A stretch of 64,000 nt of DNA from an uncultured Chloroflexia bacterium (lineage in GTDB: Bacteria; Chloroflexota; Limnocylindria; Limnocylindrales; CSP1-4): contig CAVQDZ010000004.1 in assembly GCA_963711405.1 (NCBI GenBank), positions 264,208-328,207 on the forward strand, read 5' to 3'. Made by a program: the position numbers and the translations under genes. The notes beneath the pieces are model-generated. The model was not told the DNA's origin and ran no database searches. It saw only the letters and a list, made by a program, of their open reading frames with translations. The first letter of the stretch is position 1, and each line of letters starts with the position of its first letter. This document shows positions 63,818-64,000 of the stretch, one piece after another.

Positions 63818-64000
63818 CTAGGTCGGTGTGGCGCTGGCCGGATTCACCTTAGCGGCGCTGGTCACGTAGACGCTCATGCGGCACGCGAACTGGGCCGTGT
63901 TGACCGGCGCGTTGTCGATCGGTATGGACATGAAGCTGCCGGGCCCCAGCGACAGTCCGCGGACGAGGGATCGTTGAAGTGAGCGCGCAGGTCCGCGACG
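63818..64000 (-). CDS. 3' end of a gene continuing beyond the window (unknown product)
   Basis: The minus-strand frame is open from base 64000 to TAG (complement of 63818-63820), ending ..GPGSFMSIPIDNAPVNTAQFACRMSVYVTSAAKVNPASATPT. Only 60 codons are visible. Confidence 0.3.
   Translation of the reverse strand, partial: RRGPARSLQRSLVRGLSLGPGSFMSIPIDNAPVNTAQFACRMSVYVTSAAKVNPASATPT

Noticed and set aside
1-64000. Looked for mobile elements, prophage genes, toxin-antitoxin pairs, restriction-modification or other defence systems, rRNA and tRNA
   Set aside because: No transposase, integrase, recombinase, phage structural, Cas, nuclease-helicase or methylase-endonuclease signatures were seen in any frame, and there are no terminal inverted repeats flanking a gene. 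The only nucleotidyltransferase (18834..19607) resembles AadA-type enzymes and has no partner gene.

Overview
GC-rich, gene-dense chromosomal segment with about 65 protein genes on both strands; many start/stop junctions overlap by 1-8 nt. I recognised no rRNA, tRNA, CRISPR array, transposase, integrase or phage gene. The host makes coenzyme F420. A stand-alone CofE and many lipoproteins fit a Chloroflexota-like or Actinomycetota-like organism, but this cannot be decided without a database search.

Modules in order:
- Osmoprotectant ABC transporter tail, DUF1684, and a PAS-GGDEF-EAL sensor.
- F420 island: PPOX-type enzyme, Fgd-family enzyme, cofD, cofC, cofE and an LLM oxidoreductase.
- A 20-bp phased repeat array upstream of trxB.
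- Sulfotransferase, membrane spermidine-synthase-like protein, and a proline-repeat lipoprotein.
- ABC exporter plus AadA-like nucleotidyltransferase.
- Two tandem lysyl-oxidase-like genes.
- Citrate synthase and pncA.
- Fur-family regulator with a TroA/ZnuABC-type metal importer, then an ABC-2 exporter.
- Aldehyde dehydrogenase pair with cupin and VOC genes.
- A six-gene fully overlapping operon: methyltransferase, flavoprotein, NUDIX, SRPBCC, ketosynthase, GNAT.
- deoC, ppx, and a PQQ-type dehydrogenase with duplicated CBM-like modules.
- ppk1, CYTH-CHAD, an atypical OmpR-type regulator, and pstSCAB-phoU.
- Arsenic island: thioredoxin-like protein, permease, arsR, arsC, arsM, arsR, followed by a CDF exporter.
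- SixA, LysE, and a SnoaL / response regulator / histidine kinase operon.

Best candidates for something new:
- The six-gene ketosynthase operon.
- The tandem lysyl-oxidase-like pair.
- The 20-bp repeat array.
- The 11-bp-phased GTTAAC repeat arrays that link the phosphate genes to two regulators.

Caveat: at least 20 apparent frame changes, all in the +1 direction, break 10 otherwise recognisable genes. This looks like a systematic single-base insertion artefact of the assembly rather than biology, so disrupted genes are typed pseudogene 'as assembled'.
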